Shown piece by piece: positions 25,138 to 41,238 of a DNA stretch of 64,000 nt. The notes beneath the pieces are model-generated. The model did no database searches. It was not told where the DNA came from and was given only the letters and a program-made list of their open reading frames with translations. The stretch is taken from contig JAUCBJ010003564.1 in NCBI GenBank assembly GCA_032718475.1, positions 90,611-154,610 on the forward strand, in the 5' to 3' direction. The position numbers and the translations under genes were made by a program. The DNA is from Nemertoderma westbladi (taxonomy: Eukaryota; Animalia; Xenacoelomorpha). The first letter of the stretch is position 1; every line of letters begins with the position of its first letter.

Positions 25138-25620
25138 TGTGGGGCGAGGCGAGCCACGAAAATAAGCGAGCTTAGCATACGGGTCCAACTAACTAAATCA
25201 TTGTGTCTGTAGATCTGTCGTTTTGTAAATTCGTGTTTTTAAACGTTAAACTCAGCTAATCCTCGATGAAATCTAACCAAACTTGGTACACATTTTGTTT
25301 GGAAAAAGTTATAAATTTTCCAAATAGAATTTGCGTGGGGCCTTCAGGACGACCGCAACGAGGCTAATGAAGGAGTCTAGAATTGTAAAACTAGAAATGT
25401 CATACTTAACTTAAATAGCCCTATAGTTAGTTGGTTTACAAATGACAGTTAAAGCGTGTAAGGGCAAACTGAAATAGACCTGTTTATTACAACCAGTTTA
25501 ACGCAAACTGAAAGCATCGCTCATTGATATTTTGGGAATGACGGTTTTCGTATATCTAATAGAGATTAGTACACTTTCTTATATAGGCTCTTCTGCTTTG
25601 CGAAGGCCCCACAACGTGCA
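25138..25620 (+). mobile_element. Helentron/HINE-like element, internally deleted relative to the 37049 copy
   Basis: 5' TGTGGGGCGAG...GCGAGCCACGAAAATAAGCGAGCTTAGC and 3' GCGAAGGCCCCACAACGT. Both ends closely match 37049-38001. Confidence 0.75.
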
Positions 25621-26149
25621 ATGATATAAGTAAAACATAAACAACACAAGGGAGTTGCCGTAATGCGACAGCAGCTCCATCTGTATCGCGACTTTTTCGA
25701 GTACCCGAGCCGAACCGTCACTGCCCAAGTAGACCCCCTGTAATTGGTCATGTCTCATCTCATCCGAAATTAAAACTGTGCAGTAGTAATACTAACTCTA
25801 AATTTGTCACATTATGCCTTGGGGTTAGGGTTACCGTACTGTTTTATTTATGGTTGGGGTGAGGCGCCGCTACTAAAACATGCGCATACATACTATTCCG
25901 GTGCTTTACGATCCGTGCATTTACAGTTATATGTAGAAGCACAAAGTCTGAGTAGTTTTTCTGCCAGTTTTATGAACTTTTCAGTAACTTTTTATAGTGA
26001 TCGTAAAAACTTGATTATGCTCCATGGTGGCGGACTATAAGGACTAAGGAAATCCAGTAAGGCAGGTCAGGCTGCCAGATAAAGCAATAATGCATCATCG
26101 GGTGTGTGTTCACTGGAGAGTAGGCGTAAGACAAGTAAGCCTTATAATA

Positions 26150-26735
26150 TAGTACTACTACTATCGGCATGCTGCATTGAAGCTGCATTATTTAGAATGC
26201 TGTGCCGGCTTGTCGACAAAATTGCGCTGCCACAACTCCCTATCACCCATGACATTTGCGAGATCATCCGCATCTTCAAGGCCAGTGTCATTTAAGATGC
26301 ATCTCAAGAAAGTCATGGGCTGTCCACCATGCTTATTCGCTCCATGAGGGCGCCAAAGCACAAGATTATGCACTGGCTGGTCCTCATGGCGAAAGCAATC
26401 TCCTGCAAAGCGGAGGCGGTTTCGTTCAAGTGTCAAGCTAGCAAGCTAGGGAAGACTAATGAAACACCGTGAATACACTAATGAATACACAATGTTTTAT
26501 AGTCTGATTGGAGATGTGTTCATTGTAACAATGAACCCGGCGCAGCATTCTTGTAAAAGTGCCATCAAGAGATTTATAATTTATTATTGGTGTTATGGGT
26601 GAATGAGTGGTTTCATATGAGCGGAGGTCACCAGTTCGATCCCACCTGGGCGTCATTGCCGACTTTGCAAAAACTGTGCCCAACAAAAAGTTATAAATCA
26701 AGAGATTTGGTATCCTCTGCAGTTAGAGCCCAGCC
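26150..26735 (-). mobile_element. RTE-clade LINE 3' fragment interrupted by a SINE
   Basis: KSLDGTFTRMLRRVHC and RLRFAGDCFRHEDQPVHNLVLWRP, followed by a (TAG)n tail. Same family as 28085-28865. Confidence 0.88.
26576..26696 (-). mobile_element. tRNA-derived SINE copy with inverted 5' part
   Basis: Flanked by TSD ATCAAGAGATTT (26564-26575 and 26697-26708). Its two segments are in opposite orientation relative to the colinear copy at 63313-63480. Confidence 0.82.
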
Positions 26736-26862
26736 TGGACATAGACTTCCATAACAGTAGGTATAAGACAATAGGAATATAGACATATTACTGTATTACA
26801 AAACAGGTCTGAAATAATTAATTAAGATTGTTGTTTAATTAGAGAATATTTTGTTCACTCAC

Positions 26863-27096
26863 TGTTTTTTCGTCGCAAGACAACCTCCAATTGATCGCAA
26901 ACTTCATCTTCGAAGGCCCGCCGAATGCGCTCCACGTGTTCCGATGAGACCGAACGATCGTCCGCCATAAAGGACAGACCTCCCGCTTTCAGCATTATCT
27001 CAGCTCTGTGGTAACCAGTAATCGTACAGAAGGATTCGTTGCAATAAACTATAGGATGGTCTACTATCCGTGCGCTGGCAAGTAGGAAACTGCTAT
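26863..27096 (-). CDS. eag: eag-family K+ channel coding exon 2 (PAS domain)
   Basis: Acceptor tttttgtcacacag, donor gtgagt, 234 nt, phase 1 to 1. Encodes SSFLLASARIVDHPIVYCNESFCTITGYHRAEIM...QLEVVLRRKN. Confidence 0.95.
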
Positions 27097-27470
27097 CTGT
27101 GTGACAAAAAATTAAAATAATGTAACGAAGACAAGTGAATAAGAGGGGGGGGGGGGGGGGGGGGTTGATAGCATGACCCACATACCATCTTGGCGAATTA
27201 ATATCGCGCTCAATGTTATATTATGGATTCAAATCCACAGAAAAAGTTTCACTGAGGAATTCTAGGAATCCTTTATTCTTACGAGGAAATACTCAACTCC
27301 TCCTATCTCCCTACCTACCTCCTATATTGGAAATACCCCCCAATAATATTTATGTTAGGATTAATGTGCAGCGTTACCTAAACAAGCGAGAGTGAAGTAA
27401 ATATATAACGGCGCCGACGACGGCCTTCTAGAATGTGTTAGAAGGCCGTGATTAATATATTAATAACGAA

Positions 27471-28059
27471 CGTATGGCGGAACAGAAGGGCCAATTAGAT
27501 TATTTTTTATTTTTGACAGACAAATTGGTTTATTTATTTTTTTTAACTGAAAAAATAAACAAAAACAAAATTTTAGATAAGAATTGGTTTAATTCGATTA
27601 ATATTTTTATAACCAGAATAAATAAACCAAAAACCAATTCATAGTAGTCGCTATTTTGATTAGACAGGATATTGAGTGCTTCTCTGGTATAGTACAATAT
27701 GTCTGATCATGATCAAGTGGATATTACACCTGATGAACTTATTATTTATTATTTTAAATTGCGGATTTCTGCAAGGGAAACCAAGTAATATTATCTCAAA
27801 GGTGAAACGATACCGTCAAAAACTACAGTTAAAGTCAAGAAATTTCGAAAAGTAGACAGTCAGATTGGTGACATTTTTAGTTGCAATAATAATGGAGCTC
27901 CAGGATGGTGCGATGAATTGAATGAAATGAATAAACTAATTAAACAAATTCTTATCTAAAATTTTGGTTTTTGTTTATTTTTTTCAGGTTAAAAAAATAA
28001 ACCAATTTGTTAGTCAAAAATAAAAAATAATCAAATTGGCCCTTCTGGTCCACCATACG
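27471..28059. mobile_element. Non-autonomous DNA transposon with TIRs of about 125 bp
   Basis: CGTATGGCGGAACAGAAGGGCCAATT... is mirrored by ...AATTGGCCCTTCTGGTCCACCATACG. The flanks can be read as a 2-bp (AA) or an 8-bp (ACGAACGT) duplication. Confidence 0.85.
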
Positions 28060-28084
28060 AACGTGTTGTAGTGTTATGATGATG

Positions 28085-28865
28085 ATGGGGTGATGATAAC
28101 TCCACCTACTGGCTCCAGAAGTCGAGGAAATCCTGCCAAGTACCTAACTGATCTAGACTTTGCTGATGACTTAGGAGTACTCTCAGAATCATTAGAGGGA
28201 GCCCAACGGCTCCTCAGCTCATTAGAACATGCTGCTTCTAGTGTTGGTCTTTTTATTAACTCCAGAAAGACCAAAATTTTGACAGTTAACTTTGAAAGTT
28301 CTCAGCAAGTCTCTGATCGGATGAGCATAAGCTCAAAGGATGATATGCTTGAGCATGTGGACGACTTCTGTTACCTGGGATCATGGATCCGGAAGTCAGG
28401 TGAAGACCTTCGAATACGTAAGGGAAAGGCATGGGCCGCCTTGAATACGCTTTCCAGGATTTGGAAGTCACCGAGAATTAATCGGAAACTTAAGGCCCGA
28501 TTATTTAGAGCAGCAGTAGTTCCAGTACTCCTCTATGGGACTCCATGCTGGGCTCTAACTGCTGAGGACACCAAATCTCTGGATGGCACATTCACAAGAA
28601 TGCTACGCCGGGTTCATTGTGTCAAGTACAATGCACACATCTCCAACCAGACACTATATAACATTGGAGGTGTCTCATTGGTTCCCCCAAGCTTGACACT
28701 AGAACAAAATCGCCTCCGCTTCGCAGGACATTGCTTTCGCCGTGAGGACCAGCCAGTGCATAATCTTGTACTTTGGCAGCCTCATGTAGTGATTAAGCAT
28801 GGTGGACAACCCATGACTTTCTCGAGACGCTGCAATGCAGCATGACGATACTAGTAGTAGTATAC
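28085..28865 (+). mobile_element. 5'-truncated RTE-clade LINE (RT C-terminal half)
   Basis: LTDLDFADDL, VGLFINSRKTK, VDDFCYLGS, LLYGTPCWAL and RLRFAGHCFR, followed by a (TAG)n tail. About 115 nt near the 3' end are deleted relative to the 26150 copy. Confidence 0.93.
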
Positions 28866-30489
28866 TCGGGTGGAGTACAGTATATCTCCACGTATAATAG
28901 TAATAATACTTCTGATCGCAGAAAAATAACAACTGTACCGGTATGTATTCAGTGTGCAGTCCTCGTGAGTCAGCAGTCTGACTGGTAGCCGAAAACTATC
29001 AGTTTCCCTTCTTCAGGTTCGATGACCTTTGTATATCCTCTACAGAGCTACAGTGTATTAATTACAGTATAAAATGGGTGTTTGTACCTCTATATGAAGC
29101 AATGGAGAGATGTGAAAAGAACGAATAATGTAGGGAAGGTGCATATCACCAAATTACATTATAAATAAGGTATTTAGTAATATATGTGTGTAAAATATAT
29201 TTCATTAGCTTTGATGCTAGTGGAATTCCGCGCGAAGAACAATCAATCATTATATAAAAATAAATCAATAATAGGCGTGGTTTCGGGAAAATAACATCAA
29301 AAAATTCAAAGCGGCGCCGCACTACTGTAAGTGCAAGGTACCAAATGTAATGAATCATTTAAGAGATAAAAATAGATTGGGATTTTTTAAGCGGAAATGA
29401 AATTCGATTTTTGGGTGTTGGTTTTTCTGAGAACGCTGCGTGCAGAAACCATGTAAACTAAGTGCGTTCGTTCAATAACTGCTGTACTTACTGGATGTAC
29501 TGTATGTCCTGACCTTTTAAATGATGGAAACTGTGCCGTATATATATTATTTAATTATCCGTGACCGTATTATGGAGTTTATTATTCTCCAAACATACTG
29601 TACCCGAAACCCGAATATCCATAGCTGTATTAGTCTATGTACATGTACAATGTGCATCCACTCATACAGCTATGGATATTCGGGCCCACCTTTACTCCAA
29701 TAAATTGCACCAAAACAGCTCGTATAGTTACTTCGGTTCCCATCGGACACTTTCCCAGTCAATTAGCGCAATATGAAGGATGAAAGATAAATGAAGGGTG
29801 TTGGAGAGTGGAGATTAGGGAAATATTCCTTATAAAGTGCCTTTGTCGTCACGGCAGTTAGAGAGTGACAATGTATGCAGATTACAGTGATACGGAGAAA
29901 TCGACCAACTACACAACCGTCACAACACTTCAACAAGTACATATTAATCCATTAACAACTCATATGTCGCTCACAAGAGATTTAGTTGAATAGTGAGTCA
30001 TACATTATGAGTTGACATTGAGATTGTGGGGAGGGGGGGGGGGGGGGGGGTGGTTGGCGGTGGTGGTGGGAGGGGAGCGGAGGGCACCACACCATACCAC
30101 ACCCCAGCCCCCCCCCCCCCTCCCCTTGTTGAAATTGAATACTTACCGGAAGTGAATGCTTACCGGAAGTGTGCCGTACAAGTTATAGATTCGCGCCGTA
30201 CCCCGTACGTGATTAACAGGATACATAAATATAATAACAAACAAACTGTACAAGAAAGCTTATACTACAGGAATTAAGATAAATACTGATTTAGGATACA
30301 GATGGACCGGTACGTACGCTGGAAATTATATGATACAAGGTGGATGAACCAGGACAAGGAAGGTTTCATCCTCCCTATGTATCAATCATATAATTTCCGC
30401 TTTTTATAATGTACTGTAATGAATTGTCATTCATTGTACTGTATTACCGTAGTATTTCTACCTGAGTAAATATTTGTACCTTTGGTGAA

Positions 30490-30740
30490 TCTACTACTAC
30501 TAGGTCGAGCGAACTCGGACAGTGGAAATGAGATCCTTCCAGGCTTCCCGATTCTCCATAGTTGTCGCAATTTCGTTTCTCCCAAGTTCAGTATCCCTTT
30601 CAAGTTGATCTATATATGTTATGGCCGGTCGTCCACGACTACGCTTTCCATGAGTTGGTTGACAGAAAAGTAGATCTGGTATGACCTCGTCTTTACTCGT
30701 CTTTGCAGTGCCCACTGACTGCGTTCACGGAGGGTGGTTG
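30490..30740 (-). mobile_element. RTE-clade LINE extreme 3' fragment (different family)
   Basis: DLLFCQPTHGKRSRGRPAITYIDQLERDT...MENREAWK, followed by a TAGTAGTAG tail. Confidence 0.85.
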
Positions 30741-31164
30741 ATACTACTCTACTGATTCTACTAGAGTCTCTACTACCATTAATCATACTAATTATCAGCC
30801 GCTTATCTCTCTACCCTCGACAGAGACTTTTCTCTACAATAGGACCCCTGATCTAGAGCCGTTAAGCGACGACACAACGTAAGTGAGACCGGTCACAAGC
30901 CGAGAATAATTTTACATAATTTATTGTGGAATCTATGCTGTTTTACAACAGATTATCTCCGCTTCCTGTATGGATGGATTGAAACTACCTAAATGACATT
31001 AAGGGGGGTAGGTATACCCCACCCCATTCAACTCGAAACGAACCGCAGTAATGAAAATAGTAGTATGTTTAATCCACGCAGGAAGAAATTAACTGAATTT
31101 CCTTTCAATACACAACTAAATGCCGGGTAGAGTTTGATTTAATTAATCCATCTTATAAACCATA

Positions 31165-31258
31165 CACTGTGTACGCAGGTACACAGCCACCCTCAACCCG
31201 CACCAGACACTGTGTACGCAGGGACACAGCCACCCTCAACCCGCACCAGACGCTGTGA
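31165..31258 (+). repeat. Short tandem duplication of about 43 bp
   Basis: ACACTGTGTACGCAGG(T/G)ACACAGCCACCCTCAACCCGCACCAG present twice, plus a partial third copy. Confidence 0.85.
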
Positions 31259-31395
31259 ATAGGTTTAAATGAGAGACCCTGCTGCCGTTACCGCGCTTGA
31301 CTGACCGCAAATATTCTGCACCCTATTTAAATTTAATGATTAATCAATTTTCGTAGAAGTCAAATAAATAAGTTTACCTGATTCAGTCTGAGACA

Positions 31396-31645
31396 GGGGG
31401 GAGGGACTGGACGCAAATCCCATCTTGGCGAATTAATGTCCCGCCTCAATGTTAAATTCTCAATTTAGGGAAAGGAGCAGGTTGCAGTGGCACGTTATTT
31501 TAACCAAAACAGTAAACTAAGCACAATAGAACAGGTTACAGTTTTAATTTTGAGAATAATCAGCTGTTATTTGCGTCGAAGTACCCCTGGAGGGGGATGA
31601 ATTTTTATTGCGTCCAGTCCCCCCCCCCCCCCCCCCCCCCCCCCA
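31396..31645. mobile_element. MITE with poly-G/poly-C flanked TIRs; copy at 52781-53051, partial copies near 27185 and 40660-40766
   Basis: TIR GGACTGGACGCAA / TTGCGTCCAGTCC. The internal sequence is shared with the other copies. Confidence 0.8.
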
Positions 31646-31724
31646 GTGTGTTCTGTGGTTCATTTTAATATTATATTCGCCCCCCAATTATATGTCAGAT
31701 TGAAGTGGAAGAAACATTAAGATT

Positions 31725-33285
31725 AATTTATAATTATATTGTTTAATAAATTGCATCGCAAGTTAAGTAAAAAACCTTACCGGTAGGTATGCAAGGACCA
31801 AAGTACTGTATGTAAAAAACTAAATAGCAACTGGACCTAGACGGTGCGATGCAATCAGTGATCAGTTTCGTCTTACGAAGGGAGGCATTATTGGGAGGTC
31901 AAGCCAAGAGATGACATTACTTAGAGTTTGAAATCCCAAAGGGAGAAGGAACGGACAATGAAACAAAGATATACCAGCAACTATCCACTGGGAAGCAGCA
32001 CCACAAACTTGTGCCAACACGTTTCTGCTTCATGATAATGCGCCGGCACATGCGATGATCCAACACGAGCTCACTGCTGTTAAAGCCGCATGGGGGCGTG
32101 TGAGCAGTAGTCTTGAGGACGGGGTACCAGCGCGCTTGTTCCCTCAGAGGTCATTGACCCGGTGGATCCTGCAACTGCAGTCAATTCCAGGTGCATTATC
32201 TGTAAGTTTGAGTACCGAGGTCGGGCAACCGATCTGTTTGTGCGAAGGATGCGTGGTCTCATACCATCAACGTTGTGCACACAGCCAGTTCGGTTTGTTT
32301 TCACAACATCCAAACTGCGCCAGTCGCTCCCATCTATCTCTGAAACGATGTTAGAACAATTGCGACCTGGACAATTGCGACCCGGACAATTGCGACCCGG
32401 ACAATTGCGACCCGGTCAATTGCGACCCATGATTTTATAAAAAATTATGGGTCGCAATTGTCCGGGTCGCAATTGTCCGGGTCGCAATTGTCCGGATCCA
32501 GATAAAAATATGTAATGTATATCATTGATAAATATCATTGTATATCATTGACAATTGCGACCCGGACAATTGCGACCCGGTCAATTGCGACCCATGTTTT
32601 TAAGTAAAAATTATGGGTCGCAATTGTCCGGGTCGCAATTATCCGGGTCGCATTTGTCCGGGTCGCAATTGTCCGGTCTCCCTCTGAAACACTCTGTCCC
32701 AAGTATTCTTGCTTCTAACGTCGTGTATTCATTCTCTTGTTCCTCTTGTAAGGTGGACACACTATCTAACACTTGTTTAAACAGCACCATCATGGAGGTG
32801 AACAAGGCAAGACTGAACACAACCACATCATGACACACCGTGGGCTATTAAAACATTTCAAAGTAATTGCACTATTGTTGCCTCTTCTGCAAAAGATTGA
32901 AATGTATTATATTCGCACTCACCGGCCCGTTGCCGTTATCATCCAGCAGAAACGTGATTGGCGCAAGTTTGTGGTGCTGCTTCCCAGTGGATAGTTACTG
33001 GTATCTCTTTGTTTCATTGCCCGTTCCTTCTCCCTTTTGGGACTTCTCAATTCATCTCTAAATGTCATCTCTTGGCTTGGCCTCCCAAGAATGCCTTCCT
33101 TCCTTCGTGAGGCGATACCTACCGATCAGCTGGCTGCCGTCAGCTGTCACTGTTTGCATGCAACCGTCTATAGGTCCAGCTGCTCTTTAGTTTTTTACAT
33201 ACAGTACTTTGGTCCTTGCATACCTACCGGTAAGATTTTTTACTTAACTTGCAAAACAATTAATAAATAATATAATAATTATCAA
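31725..33285. repeat. Long imperfect inverted repeat (arms about 31725-32050 and 32925-33285)
   Basis: For example CTTACCGGTAGGTATGCAAGGACCAAAGTACTGTATGTAAAAAACTAAA and CTATCCACTGGGAAGCAGCACCACAAACTTG each occur reverse-complemented in the other arm. Confidence 0.88.
32355..32677. mobile_element. Two adjacent foldback MITE-like palindromes built from 15-bp repeats
   Basis: (ACAATTGCGACCCGG)n, a short AT spacer, then (GGGTCGCAATTGTCC)n, at 32355-32495 and again at 32550-32677. Confidence 0.8.
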
Positions 33286-33718
33286 TTAATAATTATGTCA
33301 ACTACATCGGAACACTCATTGCTTTGTTTGGTATTAATTTCACCGGTTTTACAAACAGCGACTCAAACAATGAAACTGCTAACTAAATTGTTTATATTCC
33401 TTCCCTAAATGAATCGAATTGTAAATATAAATTATTTACGGATCCATTAAAATTGTTTCACTTATAGGCAAAGTATGGGTAATAAGTAACCCCAATTAAC
33501 GTAATTGATCGTTTTTCTGCCAACATGTTTGTCAGTTCATCTGTTTGTCAATGCCAGGCACCAAGCAGTATTACAGTATTTCCAAGAATCTGCACCAGCG
33601 ATCGTCAATAAACTGGAACATAGACAGGCGAAAATGTCCGGGAGCCATTCATCCAACGAACATTCAAAGTACGAAGTCTGATGGTAAGAATATCATATAA
33701 TAAAAATTATAACTACTA

Positions 33719-37010
<3,292 letters not shown>

Positions 37011-37048
37011 TCTGTTCCATTGACGGCTTCCGTAGGTACTGGTTCCCC

Positions 37049-38001
37049 TGTGGCGAGCCGCGAAAATAAGCGAGCTTAGCATACAGGTAGCACTAAACTC
37101 AATCATTGTGTCTGTAGATCTGTCGTTTTGTAAATTCGTGTTTTTAAACGTTAAACTCAGCTAATCCTCGATGAAATCTAACTAAACTTGGTACACACGT
37201 TGTTTGGCAAAAGTTATAAACTTTCCAAATAAAATTTGCGTGGGGACTTCAGGACGAGCGCAACGAGGATAATGAAGGAGGCGAGTATTATGTTGACTTC
37301 TTGACTATACTCATAAACAACCTGGTTTATCATATTGGGCGATTTGTCATTTAGATCAGTACCGGTGGTGGTTGAATGTTTTATGCTAGTTATTTGGTCT
37401 TGGTGACCAGATGTACAGGACGAGTGCAACGAGGGTTGTAATGGAGACGAGGCTGTGTTGACTATGCTTATAATAACCAGTATTGTTTGGACAATACTCG
37501 TAAAGCACATGGTTTAGCATATTAGATGATATGTCATATTATTCAATACTGATAGTGAAATGTTGTAAGGTATATATTTGGTGAACAGGTTGTATAGGAC
37601 GAAAGAAACGAGTTTTGCAGTGGATACGAGTATCCATCTGCCATAAATTAGCAGTTACTTGTACAGTTTCGAGAATTTGCATAGTTATAAAGATCGTCAG
37701 TCTGCGTTTAAGAAAAATTTTGAGTCAAAACAGGACGAACGCAGCGAAGCTAATGAATGAGACGAGTATTGTAAAACTAAAATTGTCATACTTAACTTAA
37801 ATAGCCCTAGTTAGTTGGTTTACAAATGACAGTTAAAGCGTATAAGGGCAAACTGAAATAGACCTGTTTATTACAACCAGTTTAACGCAAACTGAAAGCA
37901 TCACTCATTGATATTTTGGGAATGACGGTTTTCGTATATCTAATAGAGATTATTACACTTTCTTATATAGGCTCTCGTGCTGCGCGAAGGCCCCACAACG
38001 T
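37049..38001 (+). mobile_element. Helentron/HINE-like element with degenerate internal repeats of about 160 bp
   Basis: Ends match the 25138 copy. A CAGGACGAGCGCAACGAGG-like motif recurs near 37250, 37416, 37585 and 37731. Confidence 0.75.
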
Positions 38002-38274
38002 TTACCCGACTTCATATGACCGAGAACCGGTTGCCACATCATTCTCCCCCATGTAGTCCCCGTATGATAGAAGCTGTAACGTCTAGTATCACGGTGGTAC
38101 TCGGTTAAACTTAAATCCTGTGTATTTGACTTTTTTTATTCCCGTTGGAATTAAAAGTACAATCTTAAATCCTGATAACTAAACTAAAGAACCTATACAG
38201 ATCAGGATATAACATTTTAAGAATAATACTATTTTACTAACCTTATTTAATAATAAGTATCATACCATACTTAC

Positions 38275-38353
38275 GTTGTTCGTTGGCTCTTCTTATAATA
38301 TTCTCCAGGAATGTGTTTTGGGGAGCAAGTAGTCCTCTGCGTGCCCCCGGCAT
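38275..38353 (-). CDS. eag: eag-family K+ channel coding exon 1 (PAS-cap)
   Basis: ATG at 38353 in the context AAACAATG. Encodes [26 protein letters not shown], then donor gtaagt; 79 nt, phase 1. It matches the eag N-terminus [24 protein letters not shown] and is too short for the ORF track. Confidence 0.96.
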
Positions 38354-39924
38354 TGTTTAAGCGAATTAAATTGATTGGTCTACCTAATATAAGTCAATTG
38401 GCATCAGCGCAGTTGTTTGGTATTTATATATGTTCTTCTTGGCTAAACGCTTGCGTTTTGAAACTATGTATGCGGGTTGATTGGTTTGGTTGAAGGCAAG
38501 ATTTGTTGAGTTGAAGATGAAGTGGAGGGAGGAGCCACGGCGGTGGCCCAACTGTCTGTAAAGGATACAGTAGGAGTAATTCATTCAGAACATAAGTGCA
38601 ATGGCCGTCAAACTGTCTGTTCAATTCGACGGAAAGTTGCAGCGGCAGAGAATCGCAGTTTACCGGTGAAATGGCGGAAAGATTGTCAGCTGTGCCTCTA
38701 ATGCCGTTCAAACTGAGTCCGGATGTGCGATAGAGAATCCAGGAAGAGGCCAGCACAGCAGGATGTCGGTTGATTAGGGCGGTTAGCAGGTTGAAGTGGC
38801 GGCGGGATTGTAAACTAATGCACAGCACCGGGAATCAGGGGATGGCAACGTAAAAGCATAACAGACCAAGAGGTTGGCTGCATAGAGGCCACAACAGGCG
38901 ACAGCATTATACCAGCCACATACCACTTATATATTCGAGGCACATCCACTTAGCTGATATGTACTACCGAAAAATAGCATTAATATAATATTAATAACAG
39001 AAACAATATATACAGTAGGCCTACTAGTACAATAGGAAAGTAAGCCAATGTATGATTACTACTTTTGGTATTTTTTTATTTGAAAATCGTTCCTTTCTGT
39101 AATTTTCTGTTTGAGAACTTACAGTATTTGTTTGATTTTTGTTTTTAATAATCTCTTTCGGAGTTTGAGAATAAGTGCGGCTTTAATCCAAACTTTAAAG
39201 TCAACATTCTTAGCGTTTGGGGATCTACTGTATTCTATAACAATGAATTGTTCCATATCACAATCAGTAGCCATACAGTTAAGCAACATATTTCACTCGG
39301 AGTACTTAAAACAACATGCTAATACGGTAGGCCTATCGAAAATATCACGAGTAAAAATATCGATAGTGAAAATATCTAGAGTAAAAATATAGCGAGAATA
39401 AGATTATAAATAAATAGATAAAAACATTTTAGAACAATTATTTTTAGTTTCTGTTTATCTTAAGAACGCATATTTTTCTTAAATCCTATTATTTTCCCTC
39501 GCTATTATATTTAGTTTCTATTCTAACCTATTATAAATATAATATTGCAACTACACTAAATAAACAGTTGATGTAACCCGTGCACAATGATGTCTTATTC
39601 TATAACAATGGCGAAATATTTTTTAAACTGATTTATGTCCCAAACAAGCTGTGCTGCTGAAGAGACGACATTTGTTTGTTAGAAAACCTACAGTATACAG
39701 TAATAGCCACTCCATAACTTGACCTTCAACTATAGGCCTAAGGTTGATATTTTTTTGTTTCGTAAGCCTTTTTTTTCTTTGGGCGTGGCACACTGAACTA
39801 AATAACACCAACAAACACCTTACAATCAATAATGTGATGGGGTTATTCAGATAAACCAAGAATCTATTATTCTATTGAATATATATCGCCACTAATTGAA
39901 TGCCACCCCCCCCCCCCCCCCCCC

Positions 39925-40600
39925 TGCCCCAAATTTGATTATTTGATTATTTTTTTTTTTGCACCAAATACATTTTTTTGTAGCACCAATTCACATCCCC
40001 CAATTTTGAATATCCCTCTCACCAAAAATAATTATTCATCCTCCAAAAATAATTATTCATCCTCCAAAAATAATTATTCATCCTCCAAAAATAATTATTC
40101 ATCCTCCAAAAATAATTATTCATCCTCCAAAACAATTATTCATCCCCCAAAAACAATTATTCATCCCACAAAAATAATTACTTGTTAACCAAAAAAATTA
40201 TTCCAGCACCAAATATTTTATGGAAAATATATTTTTGCAAAATAAATATCCGTTTATTATATTTATTTCCATTTAATCAAACAAAATGTTTATTAATGTT
40301 ATAGGGGGCCTATATTTATACCAAACTGAGAGTCGGTAACTGAGTGTGTTTATAGGCCTAAACTGTATATTTTGGAGACACTGAGTTATAAATGCCTTTT
40401 CGCCTTTGTCGGCCTTCCAGGAAGTGCTAGACATATTAATTGCTGCATTAGTATTTAATTTGGGGGATTATGTATTTATTTTGGGCGAAAATGTATTTGT
40501 TTTGGGCGAAAATATATTTATATAGACGGAAAATGTACTTATTTTGGGCGAAAATGTATTTGTTTTGGGCGAAAATGTTTTTGTTTAGGGGGAAAATGTA
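39925..40600. repeat. Foldback-like relic: 21-bp repeats and opposing repeats of about 20 bp
   Basis: (TCCAAAAATAATTATTCATCC)n at 40022-40180 and (TTTTGGGCGAAAATGTATTTG)n at 40478-40600. Confidence 0.6.
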
Positions 40601-41073
40601 GGCCTATCTCATATCGGCACATTAATACTGTATCTCTCCCAAATGTTCAATAGTACAGGTTATAGTTATATTTTTTGAGAGTAATCAGCTGTTATTTGCG
40701 TCGAATTACCCTTGGAGAGGGATGGATTTTTAATGCGTTGAAAGTCACCCCCCCCCCCCCCCCCCAAATCTTGGAGGAACAGGTGGGATTCAAAATTTCA
40801 ATATGTTAATGTTAATAAAATGCTGATTAAAAGTTGTGTGTGTGTGTGTGTAGGGGGGGGGGGGGGGGTTATAACTAATTGGTAACTCAATTGGTAACAA
40901 CACCGTTTATTATTTTGGTTAGAAAATGCGCCTCTGTAACTTGCTCCTTTCCCTTATTATTTTGAAACGAACGTGTTTTCGACCCTTTTACTCTTTAGAC
41001 CCTTTGACCCGAAATCGTACTAATCTGCTCGTCAGCTCGTCATCATAGAGCCTGGACCTTGGCAACCCTTAAG

Positions 41074-41238
41074 AAGAGTCTCAGGAATTCTTACCCCGCG
41101 AGTATTCTTAGCCCGCAAAACAATAACATTTATTGTTTTGGTTCCCCCTTACGCCTCTGAAACCTACTCCTTTACTAACTCGCGGGCTAAGAATACCCGC
41201 GGGCTAAGAATACTCGCGGGCTAAGAATTCACCCAACC
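41074..41238. mobile_element. Small foldback MITE
   Basis: TTCTTAGCCCGCG / CGCGGGCTAAGAAT modular arms, flanked by CCCTTAAG on both sides. Its right end ACCCAACC is the same as that of the 14054-14341 element. Confidence 0.65.

Noticed and set aside
38424-38828. Upstream ORF or N-terminal extension of eag
   Set aside because: Non-ATG start, ends before the eag ATG, and no recognisable homology. More likely 5' UTR or promoter.
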